Source of the DNA: an uncultured Desulfobacter sp.
GTDB taxonomy: Bacteria; Desulfobacterota; Desulfobacteria; Desulfobacterales; Desulfobacteraceae
Assembly: GCA_963665095.1 (NCBI GenBank)
Contig: OY762069.1
Location: 2,688,001 to 2,752,000 of the forward strand
Direction of reading: 5' to 3'
Length of the DNA: 64,000 bases
The notes under the pieces were generated by a model that searched no databases, had not been told where the DNA came from, and saw only the letters and a list, made by a program, of their open reading frames with translations. Below are positions 42,220 through 52,223 of the stretch, piece after piece. The translations under genes were made by a program, and so were the position numbers. The first letter of the stretch is position 1; every line of letters begins with the position of its first letter.

Positions 42220-44217
42220 ATGAAACTAGTACACTACTTAAAATTATCCTTCCCTGCTGTAAGTATTATACTAAGTTTTTGTATCATCCTGCTGGTCGCA
42301 CAAAACCTTTCGGCCATGGAAAAAGAAATCTATAAAATAGGGATCCCGACAGACAAAGCGCCCTACTCCTTTACCGCCTGGTCCAAAAGCGGAATAAAGC
42401 TTCGGGGGGCCTATATTGATGTCATGACCCAGATTGCCCATCACATGGGTGTAGAATTCCAGTATGTGAAATCCGGCAATCCAACAATGATGATACAGCT
42501 TTTCAATGAAAAGAAGATCGATATCATAGGCATGACCCTGGAACAGGTCTTTCCTTATCATATTAAAAATTTAACTACGATCCCGGTAGGCCTTAACATG
42601 ACCTCCTGGATCTTTGTCAACCATTGTTGTAAAACCATTGTCTGCCAGAAAGACCTGCCCGGCAAACGGGTTTCCATCATCGGCTTTGAGGCGCTTGGGT
42701 TATGGCCCTATGACATGTTAGACGTGTCTGACATTTTCCCGGTCCAGACACCTCTGGAAGGGCTGACCCTGTTAAACGAGGGGCGGATACACGCCTTTAT
42801 TGCACCGTCAGAAGAGATTGCCAGCTACATTATTCACAAACATGGTTTTGAAAACGTGCGCAGGGTCGGCCTTGCCCTGAGAAAAATACCACTGGCCCTT
42901 TCCCTGGACAGAGAAGATACCCGGTTAACAGGCCGGCTGCTTGAAGCCATAGGGAAAACCATGTCATCAGGTATTATCCGCCAGATCGAAGAAAAATGGT
43001 ATGGGGTTGAGTTTAAACGCTCCTTTTTTGAAAAATACAGCCGTCTTGTTTTTTCTGTCATTGGGTTTACGGTGCTGGTTCTGGGCCTTGTTGTTATCTG
43101 GAACAATGAGTTGAAAAGGCAGGTAAAAAAAATCACGGCCCAGTATCGAACATCGGAAAACAGGTCCCGAAACCTGATCGAATCATCACCGGATATGATA
43201 TTTGTTGTGGACCGGGCAGCCAGAATCTATAATATGAACAGGGAGGCACAGGCTTTGATGCCAAAAGGGCTTGCCAAAGGGTTTCTTCCCCGCCTGACGG
43301 ATATGGTTCCCCCTGCAGACAAAAAATCAATTTCACTCTTCCTGGAAACCGTATTCTCCACAAACCGGGCAACCAAAGAGCTCCGGTTCAAAAGGCCCGA
43401 TTCAGGGTACAGGGAGATTGATGTTGCCGCCACCCTGCTTCCCTCGGAGCCCGGTGAAGAACCAAGAGCCTGTTTGTTTGCCAGAGATGTCACCCGGAAA
43501 AACCGGATTGAACGGGACCTGGTTCAAGCCGACCGCATGGCCCTGATCGGGCAGATGGCTGCGGATATTGCCCATGAGATTAACAATCCGATCGGTATCG
43601 TCAGAGCAAACATTGATGTGATCCTCGCCCGGGGCTGGTATACACCGGAAGCAAAGGAGTTTTTAGAGTCCTGCAAACGAAATACCGACCGCGCCGGTAA
43701 ATTTACAAAGGATCTTCTGGCAATGGCCAGGCCAAAGGATCCGGAGATGGCGGAACTGAACCTGTGGGAACTGGTCAACGCCACCATTGAAATCATGGGT
43801 GCCCAGTTAAAAAATGTCACCATCCAGAAGCAGACCAGGGGAGGTCCTGCACAAATTATCGGTGACCGCAACCTGTTACAGCAGGTTCTGGTCAACCTTC
43901 TTTTAAATGCCGCCGCCGCCACCAAAAAAGTAGCCGTCCCTGAAATAAAAATTACCAGCTGCGTCCCCAGCGGGCTTGACATGGTTTGTCTCAGAATTGA
44001 AGATAATGGAATCGGCATCCCCAAACAGCATTTAACAGAAATTTTTGAGCCTTTTTTCACACAGGGCAAAAAAGAGGGCTTCGGCCTTGGCCTTTTTATT
44101 TCCAAAAGAATTATAGAAAACCACAACGGCATGATTTACGCTGAGTCCGAGGTGGGTGTCGGCACCCAGATGGTCATCGAACTACCTTTGATTATAACAG
44201 ATCCTTTCACTTCCTGA
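42220..44217 (+). CDS. Sensor histidine kinase (periplasmic SBP_bac_3 domain, PAS, HisKA, HATPase; NtrB-like)
   Basis: APYSF periplasmic binding domain, TM, PAS (IESSPDMI), IAHEINNP, NLLLNA, DNGIGI and GFGLGL motifs. Confidence 0.93.
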   Translation: MKLVHYLKLSFPAVSIILSFCIILLVAQNLSAMEKEIYKIGIPTDKAPYSFTAWSKSGIKLRGAYIDVMTQIAHHMGVEFQYVKSGNPTMMIQLFNEKKIDIIGMTLEQVFPYHIKNLTTIPVGLNMTSWIFVNHCCKTIVCQKDLPGKRVSIIGFEALGLWPYDMLDVSDIFPVQTPLEGLTLLNEGRIHAFIAPSEEIASYIIHKHGFENVRRVGLALRKIPLALSLDREDTRLTGRLLEAIGKTMSSGIIRQIEEKWYGVEFKRSFFEKYSRLVFSVIGFTVLVLGLVVIWNNELKRQVKKITAQYRTSENRSRNLIESSPDMIFVVDRAARIYNMNREAQALMPKGLAKGFLPRLTDMVPPADKKSISLFLETVFSTNRATKELRFKRPDSGYREIDVAATLLPSEPGEEPRACLFARDVTRKNRIERDLVQADRMALIGQMAADIAHEINNPIGIVRANIDVILARGWYTPEAKEFLESCKRNTDRAGKFTKDLLAMARPKDPEMAELNLWELVNATIEIMGAQLKNVTIQKQTRGGPAQIIGDRNLLQQVLVNLLLNAAAATKKVAVPEIKITSCVPSGLDMVCLRIEDNGIGIPKQHLTEIFEPFFTQGKKEGFGLGLFISKRIIENHNGMIYAESEVGVGTQMVIELPLIITDPFTS

Positions 44218-44300
44218 ATCAAATCCAAACCTGAACCTTTTTCCGGAAAACGGTTCCTGCCCCCCCCCTGAACCACACTTCTTCCCCATGGTGTTTCCCC

Positions 44301-44350
44301 TGTGCTTTAAGGAGCACACCATTGCCTGAATGTGTGCATCTGACCGCACA
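44301..44350 (+). promoter_or_regulatory. Tandem palindromic enhancer sites TGTGC-N8-GCACA (44301-44318, 44333-44350)
   Basis: Two perfect copies 32 bp apart, about 75-125 bp upstream of a sigma54-like promoter. Confidence 0.7.
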
Positions 44351-44424
44351 GACCGTATTGTATGTCATCCTTTACAGCCCGTTTTCCCCATTACTTTAAG
44401 GGAGTTAGATTTTAAAATATCACG

Positions 44425-44440
44425 TGGTACGATTTTTGTA
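44425..44440 (+). promoter_or_regulatory. Putative sigma54 promoter (-24/-12), variant
   Basis: TGGTAC-GATTT-TTGTA has the correct GG-N10 spacing but GT instead of GC. Confidence 0.55.
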
Positions 44441-44533
44441 ATCGTATGTTCCATGCGTTTATGAGCGTGAACACAGAAGTGAACGTTGACACAGAACCGG
44501 CGAACAAAACGAGTTTAATGAGGTAAAAAATTA

Positions 44534-47467
44534 ATGAATCTGAAGTGTAAAACCCAAACAATGAAAAACGCTCAATTGTTGTTCATATTTTTGCTGGTCT
44601 TTTTTCTGGGCTGGGCCGAACCAGGTATAGCGTCGGCGCCAAAAGATCCCCACGGACTGCAGCCGGCAGACGACATGGTGTTCCTTCCCAAACTTGCCGG
44701 CCTGCGGAACAAGACCTACAAGAACCAGTCCGGCAAGAAAAAGGCCCTGTCCGAAGCCCTTGTCCTTCGCCAGAGCAAAATAGAAAACAACAAGGCACAG
44801 GTATCGCCCGGAGGGCTGTTCTACATCTCGGAAACCAGCAATGATGCCCAGCCTTTTCACAGGGATCCGTTCCTTATTTTAGGAGAGCACTGTTACCTGG
44901 TGGATTTGTCCACAGATACCCATATAGTAAGGAATTTCAAGGTAAACATCGGGGACAGGGAACCGGTGAAGGATACTGGATACCGGATCTGGTACGACTA
45001 TGCCACGGATCACTATGAAAAACCATACGGCGAGTTTGCCCTGATTGCGCCTTCCGGGGGCTGGCCCCTGGAATTTCCGATATCCTCTTCTTTTCCCGGC
45101 AGGCAGGAGACCCGGGACTTGAATTCCGGTGAGGGATATGTGGACCAGCTGATCAAATTTTACCTGGATAAGGATTATTACTACGGGGCCATGCATTTTA
45201 AAGCCAGAGACATTGGTTTTGAAACAGCTGAATTTGAACGCTTTGAATTTCCCGCCATCACAAAGGCTACCTTTTCAATGCACCGCCCCATTTTCCTGGA
45301 CCTCCGCCAGGAGGATTATCGGCTCTACTTTGATAAAAGAATTTACGCATTCCGGCGGGCCGACGGATTTCTTGTCCGGGTGACCGATTTTTTCGGGAAA
45401 AAGGTATTTGCAGAAAAACTGGTCAAGCCGGTGACGGGACAAGGGTATAAGACCCTGATGTCGGAAAAGGATAAATACCATCTGACCATACCAAAGCTGG
45501 ATATCCGCATTGAAATTATGATCCAGCCGGAATTTATGAAAAATTCCGATTTCATGCCCTGGTCAACGGGAAAATCTCACGGATTCGGCAAGGGTGTACT
45601 GAACTTTGTGGTGTACCGGAAGCTGATCAAGGTTGAAAACGGACGCGCCTGGCCCCTGGATGACCGCTACAATGTGCGGCTCGAACCCAGCATGCTCACG
45701 GGAATGCTCAAACGACTGGTCATTGAAAACGCCCAGCCCGTTGTTTTTGACAATGAACATCCTACTTTTGACGGACCGGTAAAGTGGTCGGATATATACA
45801 ACAGGCCGGCATTCCAGGTCACGGCAGATAATTTCGAAGACAACCTGGTTAAAAATCTCTATGTCAGAGACTACTACATGATGCGTACGGACAACATGGT
45901 ATTCTGGGAAAAAGAGGGCCGGGAAAACATCGATTTTTTTGTGGGCTCATCACCCGTGCTGGAACCTATCCTGGAGGATACCTTTCTGACCCGCCTGGCA
46001 GACCCATCCTTTGGCGTGGTGGTGGAAAAATCCCATTTCACCTCTTATCCCAAAGCAATCAGTGATGCCTCCTTTTACGAGCCTGACCATACGGCCCCCT
46101 TTGTACCCCGCCTCAAAGGGCTGAAAAGGAAATTTGTCAGAAACAGAAAAAAGGAACGGCTGATCTCATCGGAGAGCGTGTTTATCCGGGGCAGTTACGT
46201 TGACTGGCGGAGAAATCAGATTATCATCCCGCCGGCAGGACTGTGCTACTCCACCAGAAATGCCAGAAATATCAGAACCCTGGCCGGGGAGTCCTTTTTC
46301 ATGCTGGGAAAACAGGCCTATCTGACCTCTTTCAAGTCATCCACTTTTGTTAAAAAAAATTTTGACGTGGATTTCTGGAAAAACCAGCCCATGGATGGCG
46401 GTAACCTCATGTACTGGCAGGATGAACTGTTAGGCGTCCGGAACAAGGCCCTGCGCATGACCGGTTTTCACTACCTGGATGACAGGCCGGTATCTGAGCT
46501 GAGTCTGATGAAATATTCAGGTAACCGGTGGGGGGCACATTTTCTCATGGCCCAGGGCCTGGACCCTGAAGGCGGAAACCGGTATCACCTGCCTGAAATC
46601 TTCGCTGAGGGATCCACCTGGATTATTCCGGAATATACGGGATCGAACTATATCAAAATCAAAGAGTTCGGCACGCCTTCCATCGAAGCCATCAGCTTTA
46701 CCTATACCAAACCCCGGGAAGCGGTTCTTGGCGCAGGAGATGAGGCCAGACTGGGTAAATACAGACTGGTGTGTACATTCATTGACATAGAGGCCGGCAC
46801 CATCGGCCTGGAATTAAAGGATGAGACCGGCAGTATCGTGGCATCCAAAATTCTGGGCCCCCTGGATGAGGGAGCTCTGCAACTGCTGCCCCAGCACCAG
46901 ACAGTGGCCAAGTCCATGCAGTTCATGTTTGAAGACCTGCAGGCGGAGCTGGACATTCTTACCCCCTTTAAAAAAGGAAAGGCTCAACTCTATCTTTTCA
47001 CGGATATTGAATTCCTGGAAAGAGATACCCCTTTCAATTTCGACAACCGCTTTATGGTCCGGCCGGATGTGTGCGGGCATTGCTATCAGCTCAACGAGGT
47101 TCTTTTGGATAATCCGGAACCGATTATCCTGGACATGAAAAACCCGGTTTACGATGGCCCCAGACGTGAAGACGGCACCCCGTTGTTCCGTATTGTCATT
47201 GACGATTTCGACGGTGAGATGCTCCATGCCTGGCACATGGAGACCGATGACGGGGACGGTATTGAAAAAACCGAAAACCTGGCGTTCAGGCCAAGGAACA
47301 ACCTGGATGTACTGGTGGGGGTCACCGGCACCACCGAAGGCTTTTTAAGGTTATCCATGCTGCCCCGCTTAGGATTTATCGAATCCTGGCGGACCAGTGC
47401 CAAAGCATCTGCAACCAAACTGTCCGGATCGGTTAACACCGGCGGTAGTGCCCATATCAGACGATAG
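44534..47467 (+). CDS. Exported hypothetical protein made of two homologous halves, CGHC motif in the second
   Basis: Signal peptide; alignable repeats (e.g. FLPKLAGL/FVPRLKGL, DDRYNVRLE/DNRFMVRPD, PTFDGP/PVYDGP). Alternative start at 44561. Confidence 0.85.
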   Translation: MNLKCKTQTMKNAQLLFIFLLVFFLGWAEPGIASAPKDPHGLQPADDMVFLPKLAGLRNKTYKNQSGKKKALSEALVLRQSKIENNKAQVSPGGLFYISETSNDAQPFHRDPFLILGEHCYLVDLSTDTHIVRNFKVNIGDREPVKDTGYRIWYDYATDHYEKPYGEFALIAPSGGWPLEFPISSSFPGRQETRDLNSGEGYVDQLIKFYLDKDYYYGAMHFKARDIGFETAEFERFEFPAITKATFSMHRPIFLDLRQEDYRLYFDKRIYAFRRADGFLVRVTDFFGKKVFAEKLVKPVTGQGYKTLMSEKDKYHLTIPKLDIRIEIMIQPEFMKNSDFMPWSTGKSHGFGKGVLNFVVYRKLIKVENGRAWPLDDRYNVRLEPSMLTGMLKRLVIENAQPVVFDNEHPTFDGPVKWSDIYNRPAFQVTADNFEDNLVKNLYVRDYYMMRTDNMVFWEKEGRENIDFFVGSSPVLEPILEDTFLTRLADPSFGVVVEKSHFTSYPKAISDASFYEPDHTAPFVPRLKGLKRKFVRNRKKERLISSESVFIRGSYVDWRRNQIIIPPAGLCYSTRNARNIRTLAGESFFMLGKQAYLTSFKSSTFVKKNFDVDFWKNQPMDGGNLMYWQDELLGVRNKALRMTGFHYLDDRPVSELSLMKYSGNRWGAHFLMAQGLDPEGGNRYHLPEIFAEGSTWIIPEYTGSNYIKIKEFGTPSIEAISFTYTKPREAVLGAGDEARLGKYRLVCTFIDIEAGTIGLELKDETGSIVASKILGPLDEGALQLLPQHQTVAKSMQFMFEDLQAELDILTPFKKGKAQLYLFTDIEFLERDTPFNFDNRFMVRPDVCGHCYQLNEVLLDNPEPIILDMKNPVYDGPRREDGTPLFRIVIDDFDGEMLHAWHMETDDGDGIEKTENLAFRPRNNLDVLVGVTGTTEGFLRLSMLPRLGFIESWRTSAKASATKLSGSVNTGGSAHIRR

Positions 47468-47482
47468 AAAGGAAAATTCATT

Positions 47483-48649
47483 ATGCCAACCACTGTCTCA
47501 TCCGCTCCGGGCAGCTACAATCAGAGAAGACGATCCTTTCTGAGTTCTCTGTACACATTTAAAGAAGCACTTCCCGGTCTTCTGGCCATGCTTTTCATAG
47601 CGGTATTTGCCAACAACATGCCCGGGGTTCCCAATGCCTTTACCCTGCAGAACCTGTTCCGATGGATGGATGGCGTTGCCGGTCCTTTTAACCATCAGCC
47701 CCTGTTTCAGATCCTGAATTCAAACTTTGTCTGGAATCCCCTGCTTTTAGGGCTTATTATCGGAAACCTGTTTGGTGTGCCGGATATCTGGAAACGGGGT
47801 TTAAGCTATATCCACCTGCTCATGCCTTTGGGGATCATCATGCTGGCGCCCCATTTCATGGTTTTCCATGCCTTCAAGATCGGGGTTCTGCCCATTCTTA
47901 TCTGCACCCTGGCTCTGTTCGCCACAGCCAGTATTACCCTCTATGTAACCAAATGGATGAACCTGGATGACCGTCACGGATCCATTATCGCAGGCGGCCT
48001 TGCCACAGGGGATCCCCATGCCTGCGCCATCCTCATGCCTTTGATCAAAGCACCGGGGGCCCAGGTGGTCAATGCAGTCTTCGGGGTGATCACATGGGGG
48101 CTGATCGCCATGGTCCTGGTTCCCCTATTCGGGCAGATGATGGGTATTCCTGAGAAATATCTGGGGCTTGCTGCAGTGACGGCGGTGGGGAACGGCCACC
48201 AGGCCCTGTATGCCGGTTATGCAGCCGGGTACGAAGCCGGGCGGTATGCCTGCTGGTTTGATGTGGGGCGTCATGTCATCATGCCTTCGGGATTCATCTA
48301 TGTGTTCACGGTAATGTTTATCAGAAAACTGAAAAACAGAAATAACCCGGAAATCAGAGCCACCCGGGGCATAAAAACCTTCCCGATCTGGCTGGGTGTA
48401 TTTATTTTCTGCTGGATACTGTCTTGTCTCCATCTGTTTAAGGAACCGGCCCATCATGCCATATTCAACATGGTCAGATGGGATTTCTCCCTGGCAGCCG
48501 CGGCCTTAGGCTTAAGCCTGTCCTTTAAGGATATCGCCAGGGCCGGCATTAAAGGGTTTCTGGTAACGGCCATTTCAGGATCCATCCGGATCGTGCTGGT
48601 TCTTGGGACAATTTTAATCTGTTTTAAGGCGGGATGGTTTCCGGCCTGA
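47483..48649 (+). CDS. YeiH/PSE-family (putative sulfate exporter) membrane transporter
   Basis: About 10 TM helices; LLLGLIIGN and AAAALGLSLSFKDIARAGIKG are typical of UPF0324, though divergent. Confidence 0.7.
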   Translation: MPTTVSSAPGSYNQRRRSFLSSLYTFKEALPGLLAMLFIAVFANNMPGVPNAFTLQNLFRWMDGVAGPFNHQPLFQILNSNFVWNPLLLGLIIGNLFGVPDIWKRGLSYIHLLMPLGIIMLAPHFMVFHAFKIGVLPILICTLALFATASITLYVTKWMNLDDRHGSIIAGGLATGDPHACAILMPLIKAPGAQVVNAVFGVITWGLIAMVLVPLFGQMMGIPEKYLGLAAVTAVGNGHQALYAGYAAGYEAGRYACWFDVGRHVIMPSGFIYVFTVMFIRKLKNRNNPEIRATRGIKTFPIWLGVFIFCWILSCLHLFKEPAHHAIFNMVRWDFSLAAAALGLSLSFKDIARAGIKGFLVTAISGSIRIVLVLGTILICFKAGWFPA

Positions 48650-48662
48650 GGGGCGAATCGCT

Positions 48663-48815
48663 ATGGAAAGAAATATGCACACCACAGATGAAGCAGGGTT
48701 TGACTATATGGCCAACACAGGCATGGAAGAACAGGACAGGGATACATGCGGCATGGCCATTGCGCTGATCATTATGACTGTTCTGACCATCTGCCAATAT
48801 CTGGGGCTGTACTAA
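48663..48815 (+). CDS. Small single-TM protein (50 aa), not in the ORF track
   Basis: MERNMHTTDEAGFDYMANTGMEEQDRDTCGMAIALIIMTVLTICQYLGLY; GAGGGG RBS-like sequence upstream. Confidence 0.55.
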   Translation: MERNMHTTDEAGFDYMANTGMEEQDRDTCGMAIALIIMTVLTICQYLGLY

Positions 48816-48843
48816 CCATTAATAGATTTTGGAGCGTTTGTTT

Positions 48844-49041
48844 ATGTTTTCCGCAATTATTTTTGTCTGCCTCATGCTCCTGCTTTTTCTGGCCGGCGGG
48901 GCAGCCGTTCACATGGGAGTATTTAAATCCCACAAACAGGGAAAATCCCTGGCATCAAAAACCATTACCGGGATCCTGTCCTATGGGTTTTCCGCTGTGT
49001 TCTGGTTTTTCAGTTATACCCATTTTTATCTGGGCTGGTAG
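48844..49041 (+). CDS. Small two-TM membrane protein
   Basis: GGAG before ATG at 48844; two hydrophobic segments. Confidence 0.65.
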   Translation: MFSAIIFVCLMLLLFLAGGAAVHMGVFKSHKQGKSLASKTITGILSYGFSAVFWFFSYTHFYLGW

Positions 49042-49141
49042 GGGGGCCGTGTTCAGGCCGGGCCGGCCGCGGGCACCTATTGGAACAACAGGTTACTATT
49101 TAACATCTGCCCATGGAAACCGGGCAGCAGAAAGGTGAAAA

Positions 49142-49444
49142 ATGACATTAGAAAAATGGATTGTAGCTCTTCTTGTAAGCGTATTTCTTCTTGTGAACAC
49201 AGGCTTAGGGGTTGCATCGGACGACAAGGCCGGGAAGATAAATTTGAACACGGCCACCAAGGAACAACTCATTGGTCTGGGCATGGATGAGGATACCGCC
49301 AATGCCGTACTGGAGCACAGAAAAGAAAACGGAGAATTTGTGGATATTGAGGAACTGCTCGATATAGAGGGCATTGATAATAATATGATCCGGCAGCTTA
49401 AAAAGAAAATCTATATAGAGGGTGTCAAGGGATGCAATTGTTAA
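49142..49444 (+). CDS. Exported ComEA-like helix-hairpin-helix protein, C-terminal GCNC
   Basis: Signal peptide; KINLNTATKEQL...HRKENGEF..IEELLDIEGI. Confidence 0.88.
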   Translation: MTLEKWIVALLVSVFLLVNTGLGVASDDKAGKINLNTATKEQLIGLGMDEDTANAVLEHRKENGEFVDIEELLDIEGIDNNMIRQLKKKIYIEGVKGCNC

Positions 49445-49469
49445 GCACTTTATCCGGAGAAAAACAGCT

Positions 49470-50618
49470 ATGAATACAAATAGACGATACAGATTTTATA
49501 TTGCCCTTGCGCTTCTGGCTTTCCCCCTTTGGGTGAATGCCGAAATTTTGGGGAATTACATGGGATACGAGGCCTGCATCAAATGCCATGAAGAAATTGT
49601 CCAGGGCTGGAAAACCACGCCCCATGCCAATGCGTTTGAAACGCTTAAGGAACAGGGCGAGGAGAAACAGTCCATCCCCGGGTGTTTCAAATGTCATGTG
49701 GTGGGCTTTGAAGAAGATGGCGGTTTTGTGGATATGGCACTTACCCCGGAATTAAAAGATGTCCAGTGTGAAAACTGCCATGGGCCGGCCAGAAAGCACG
49801 TTGAAAGTGAAGGGAATCCGGATCTTATCATTGGATCTCCAAACGAAGCTTCCTGCCGGATCTGCCATACCACAGGCCAGGATAAAAACTTTGACTTTAA
49901 GAAAAAAAGTCAGTGGGTCCACGCCGCAAAGGGTGCCGATGGAAAAATGGGAAAGACCCAGGCCAAGGCCGTTGAAATTCTGAATTTCAGTGAAACCCGG
50001 GTGGAATTTGGCAACATGGTTGAAGGGGACATTGTTAAAAAAAAGGTAACCGTGACCAACACGGGAAACAAGACCGTCACACTGACCAACCTGACCACGT
50101 CGTGTGCGTGCACGTCGGCTACACTGGGTAAGCGTGAACTTCAACCCAGGGAATCCACGGAGCTGGAAATTACCTACTATACCTATAAATTTCCCGGCAA
50201 ATTTGCCAAATTTATTACCGTATTTACTGACATCCCGGGCAAGGACCAGTACCGGGTGGACATCAACGGTTTTGTCAAGGCCATTCCCATGGGCGTGCTT
50301 GAGGTCCAGCCAAGAAAAATCGCCCTGGGTGAAAATCTGAAAACCGGCACGCCCCTGCCCTTTACCATATCAATCACCAATACAGGGGATGCAGAGATGA
50401 AAATTACCAAAATTGTATCCAAAAAAAGAAAAACCCTGTTTTTTGATTCTGACCGAACCGGGGAATTAATTATTAAACCGGGTGACACAGCCAATATTGA
50501 CACTGAAGTTATCTACGACAGCAAAGGACGGATGCTTGACTATATCATGATTCACTCCAATGCCCGAAACGTTACCTCACAAGGATATAAGGTAATATTG
50601 ACAGGAACGTTTGAATAA
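49470..50618 (+). CDS. Tetraheme cytochrome c (c554-like) fused to two Ig-like (DUF1573-type) domains
   Basis: CIKCH, CFKCH, CENCH and CRICH; then FGNM...VTNTG...SCACT and ITNTGDAEM...SNA. Confidence 0.88.
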   Translation: MNTNRRYRFYIALALLAFPLWVNAEILGNYMGYEACIKCHEEIVQGWKTTPHANAFETLKEQGEEKQSIPGCFKCHVVGFEEDGGFVDMALTPELKDVQCENCHGPARKHVESEGNPDLIIGSPNEASCRICHTTGQDKNFDFKKKSQWVHAAKGADGKMGKTQAKAVEILNFSETRVEFGNMVEGDIVKKKVTVTNTGNKTVTLTNLTTSCACTSATLGKRELQPRESTELEITYYTYKFPGKFAKFITVFTDIPGKDQYRVDINGFVKAIPMGVLEVQPRKIALGENLKTGTPLPFTISITNTGDAEMKITKIVSKKRKTLFFDSDRTGELIIKPGDTANIDTEVIYDSKGRMLDYIMIHSNARNVTSQGYKVILTGTFE

Positions 50619-50703
50619 AAGTACCACTTAACGCGTCCCCTTTGCTTTATCCGGATCCGGAAAAGCAAAGGGGATAACATGCTGAAAGGAGTTGATAAGA
50701 AAA

Positions 50704-52149
50704 ATGAAACGCAGAGAATTTATTAAAGGTATTGCCGCAACGGCTGTAACCCTGGCTGCGAGCAATCCACTTAAACTATTGGCCTTCCCCACGGTTTTTC
50801 CCCACGGAACCACCATCTACAATCCTGAAAAATGCTTTAACGGATACACCCTGTTCGGCACTGAAGTGGTTGACCAGGGCACGGTTCTCATTAACATGAA
50901 CGGAGAGGTCGTCAGGCAATGGAAAGATATCTGTCAGGCGGAACACCCGCCAAAGCTTCTCAAGGGTGGATTTATCGCCGGAACCAGAAGGCCTGAGCCC
51001 GGGAAAAAAGGCAGGATCTGGAACGACGAACATTCTACAGATCTGGTTGTGGCTGACTGGGACGGTAAAGCAGTCAGAACCATACCCAGGGCCGGGATGC
51101 ATCATGATTACCAGTTTGAAGGCAACTCCGTGGGATATCATATCCCGGGTATGCCCGTGGAAAATCACAAGGGAAAAATGCTGATCCTCTCCCACAAAAT
51201 GGTGGAGAACAAGGATATATCGGACAAGCTGCTCTATGACGACTATATCGCCGAGATAGATGCTCAGGGTAAAATCACCTGGGACTGGCTGGCCTCCGAT
51301 CATTTCCATGAAATGAATTTTCCCGAAGAATTCAAAAAAACCATGCGCGAATACCCCACCTTTTCCATGACCCGGACCCCGGGAGTCAAGGGCGGGGACT
51401 GGATTCACGTGAATTCCGCGTCCTGGCTTGGCCCCAACAAATGGTACGACGAGGACCCGGTCGCATACAAGGTTTTTCATCCGGACAATATTATCATCTC
51501 AAACCGCCAGACCAATACCTCATGCATCATCGAAAAAAGTACGGGAAAAGTGGTGTGGCAGATAGGTCCCTATTACTATCCCGATTCGGTGTGGGAATTC
51601 GGCGGAAAAGAATACAAACGGGCCTATCGGCGCCTGGAGCAGATTATCGGCCAGCACCACACCCACATGATCCCCAAAGGACTGCCCGGAGAGGGCAACA
51701 TCCTGATATACGACAATGGGGGATATGCGGGTTACGGCCCCAGAAATCCAGGTGCCCATTACGGATGGTCAGATGCCAGAAGGGATTACTCCCGGGTCAT
51801 TGAGTTTGACCCCAGAACCCTGAAAATGGTCTGGGAACATTCGGCCATGGTCATGGGCATGCGGAACAAGTACCAGTTCTATTCCGACTACGTTTCCAGT
51901 GCCCAGCGGCTGCCCAACGGCAACACCTTAATTACAAACGGTGCCGTGGGACAGCTTCAGGAGGTCACCCCGGATCATGAGATTGTCTGGGAGTACATCA
52001 GTCCCTACTATAACCAAAAAGGGAAATACAACCTGGTGTACCGGGCCTACCGGGTGCCCTATGATTATGTGCCCCAGCTCGGTGCCCAGAAACAAAAGGC
52101 CGTGGTTCCCCCGGACAATACCCGGTTCAGAATTAACCCCCAGGGATAA
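50704..52149 (+). CDS. Aryl-sulfate sulfotransferase (ASST family), Tat-exported
   Basis: KRREFIK Tat motif; PHGTTIY, HHD, WIHVNS, SNR, GQHH, YDNG and SSAQRLPNGNTLI motifs. Confidence 0.88.
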   Translation: MKRREFIKGIAATAVTLAASNPLKLLAFPTVFPHGTTIYNPEKCFNGYTLFGTEVVDQGTVLINMNGEVVRQWKDICQAEHPPKLLKGGFIAGTRRPEPGKKGRIWNDEHSTDLVVADWDGKAVRTIPRAGMHHDYQFEGNSVGYHIPGMPVENHKGKMLILSHKMVENKDISDKLLYDDYIAEIDAQGKITWDWLASDHFHEMNFPEEFKKTMREYPTFSMTRTPGVKGGDWIHVNSASWLGPNKWYDEDPVAYKVFHPDNIIISNRQTNTSCIIEKSTGKVVWQIGPYYYPDSVWEFGGKEYKRAYRRLEQIIGQHHTHMIPKGLPGEGNILIYDNGGYAGYGPRNPGAHYGWSDARRDYSRVIEFDPRTLKMVWEHSAMVMGMRNKYQFYSDYVSSAQRLPNGNTLITNGAVGQLQEVTPDHEIVWEYISPYYNQKGKYNLVYRAYRVPYDYVPQLGAQKQKAVVPPDNTRFRINPQG

Positions 52150-52223
52150 TTTCCCCCAGGAATCAATTGTGAGGCAAAGACCCTGGAATAAAAGAAAACG
52201 ATAGTTTAAATCAGGAGGGCAAC

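Noticed and set aside
47072..47086. Heme-c site in the 977-aa protein
   Set aside because: The motif is CGHCY, not CxxCH.
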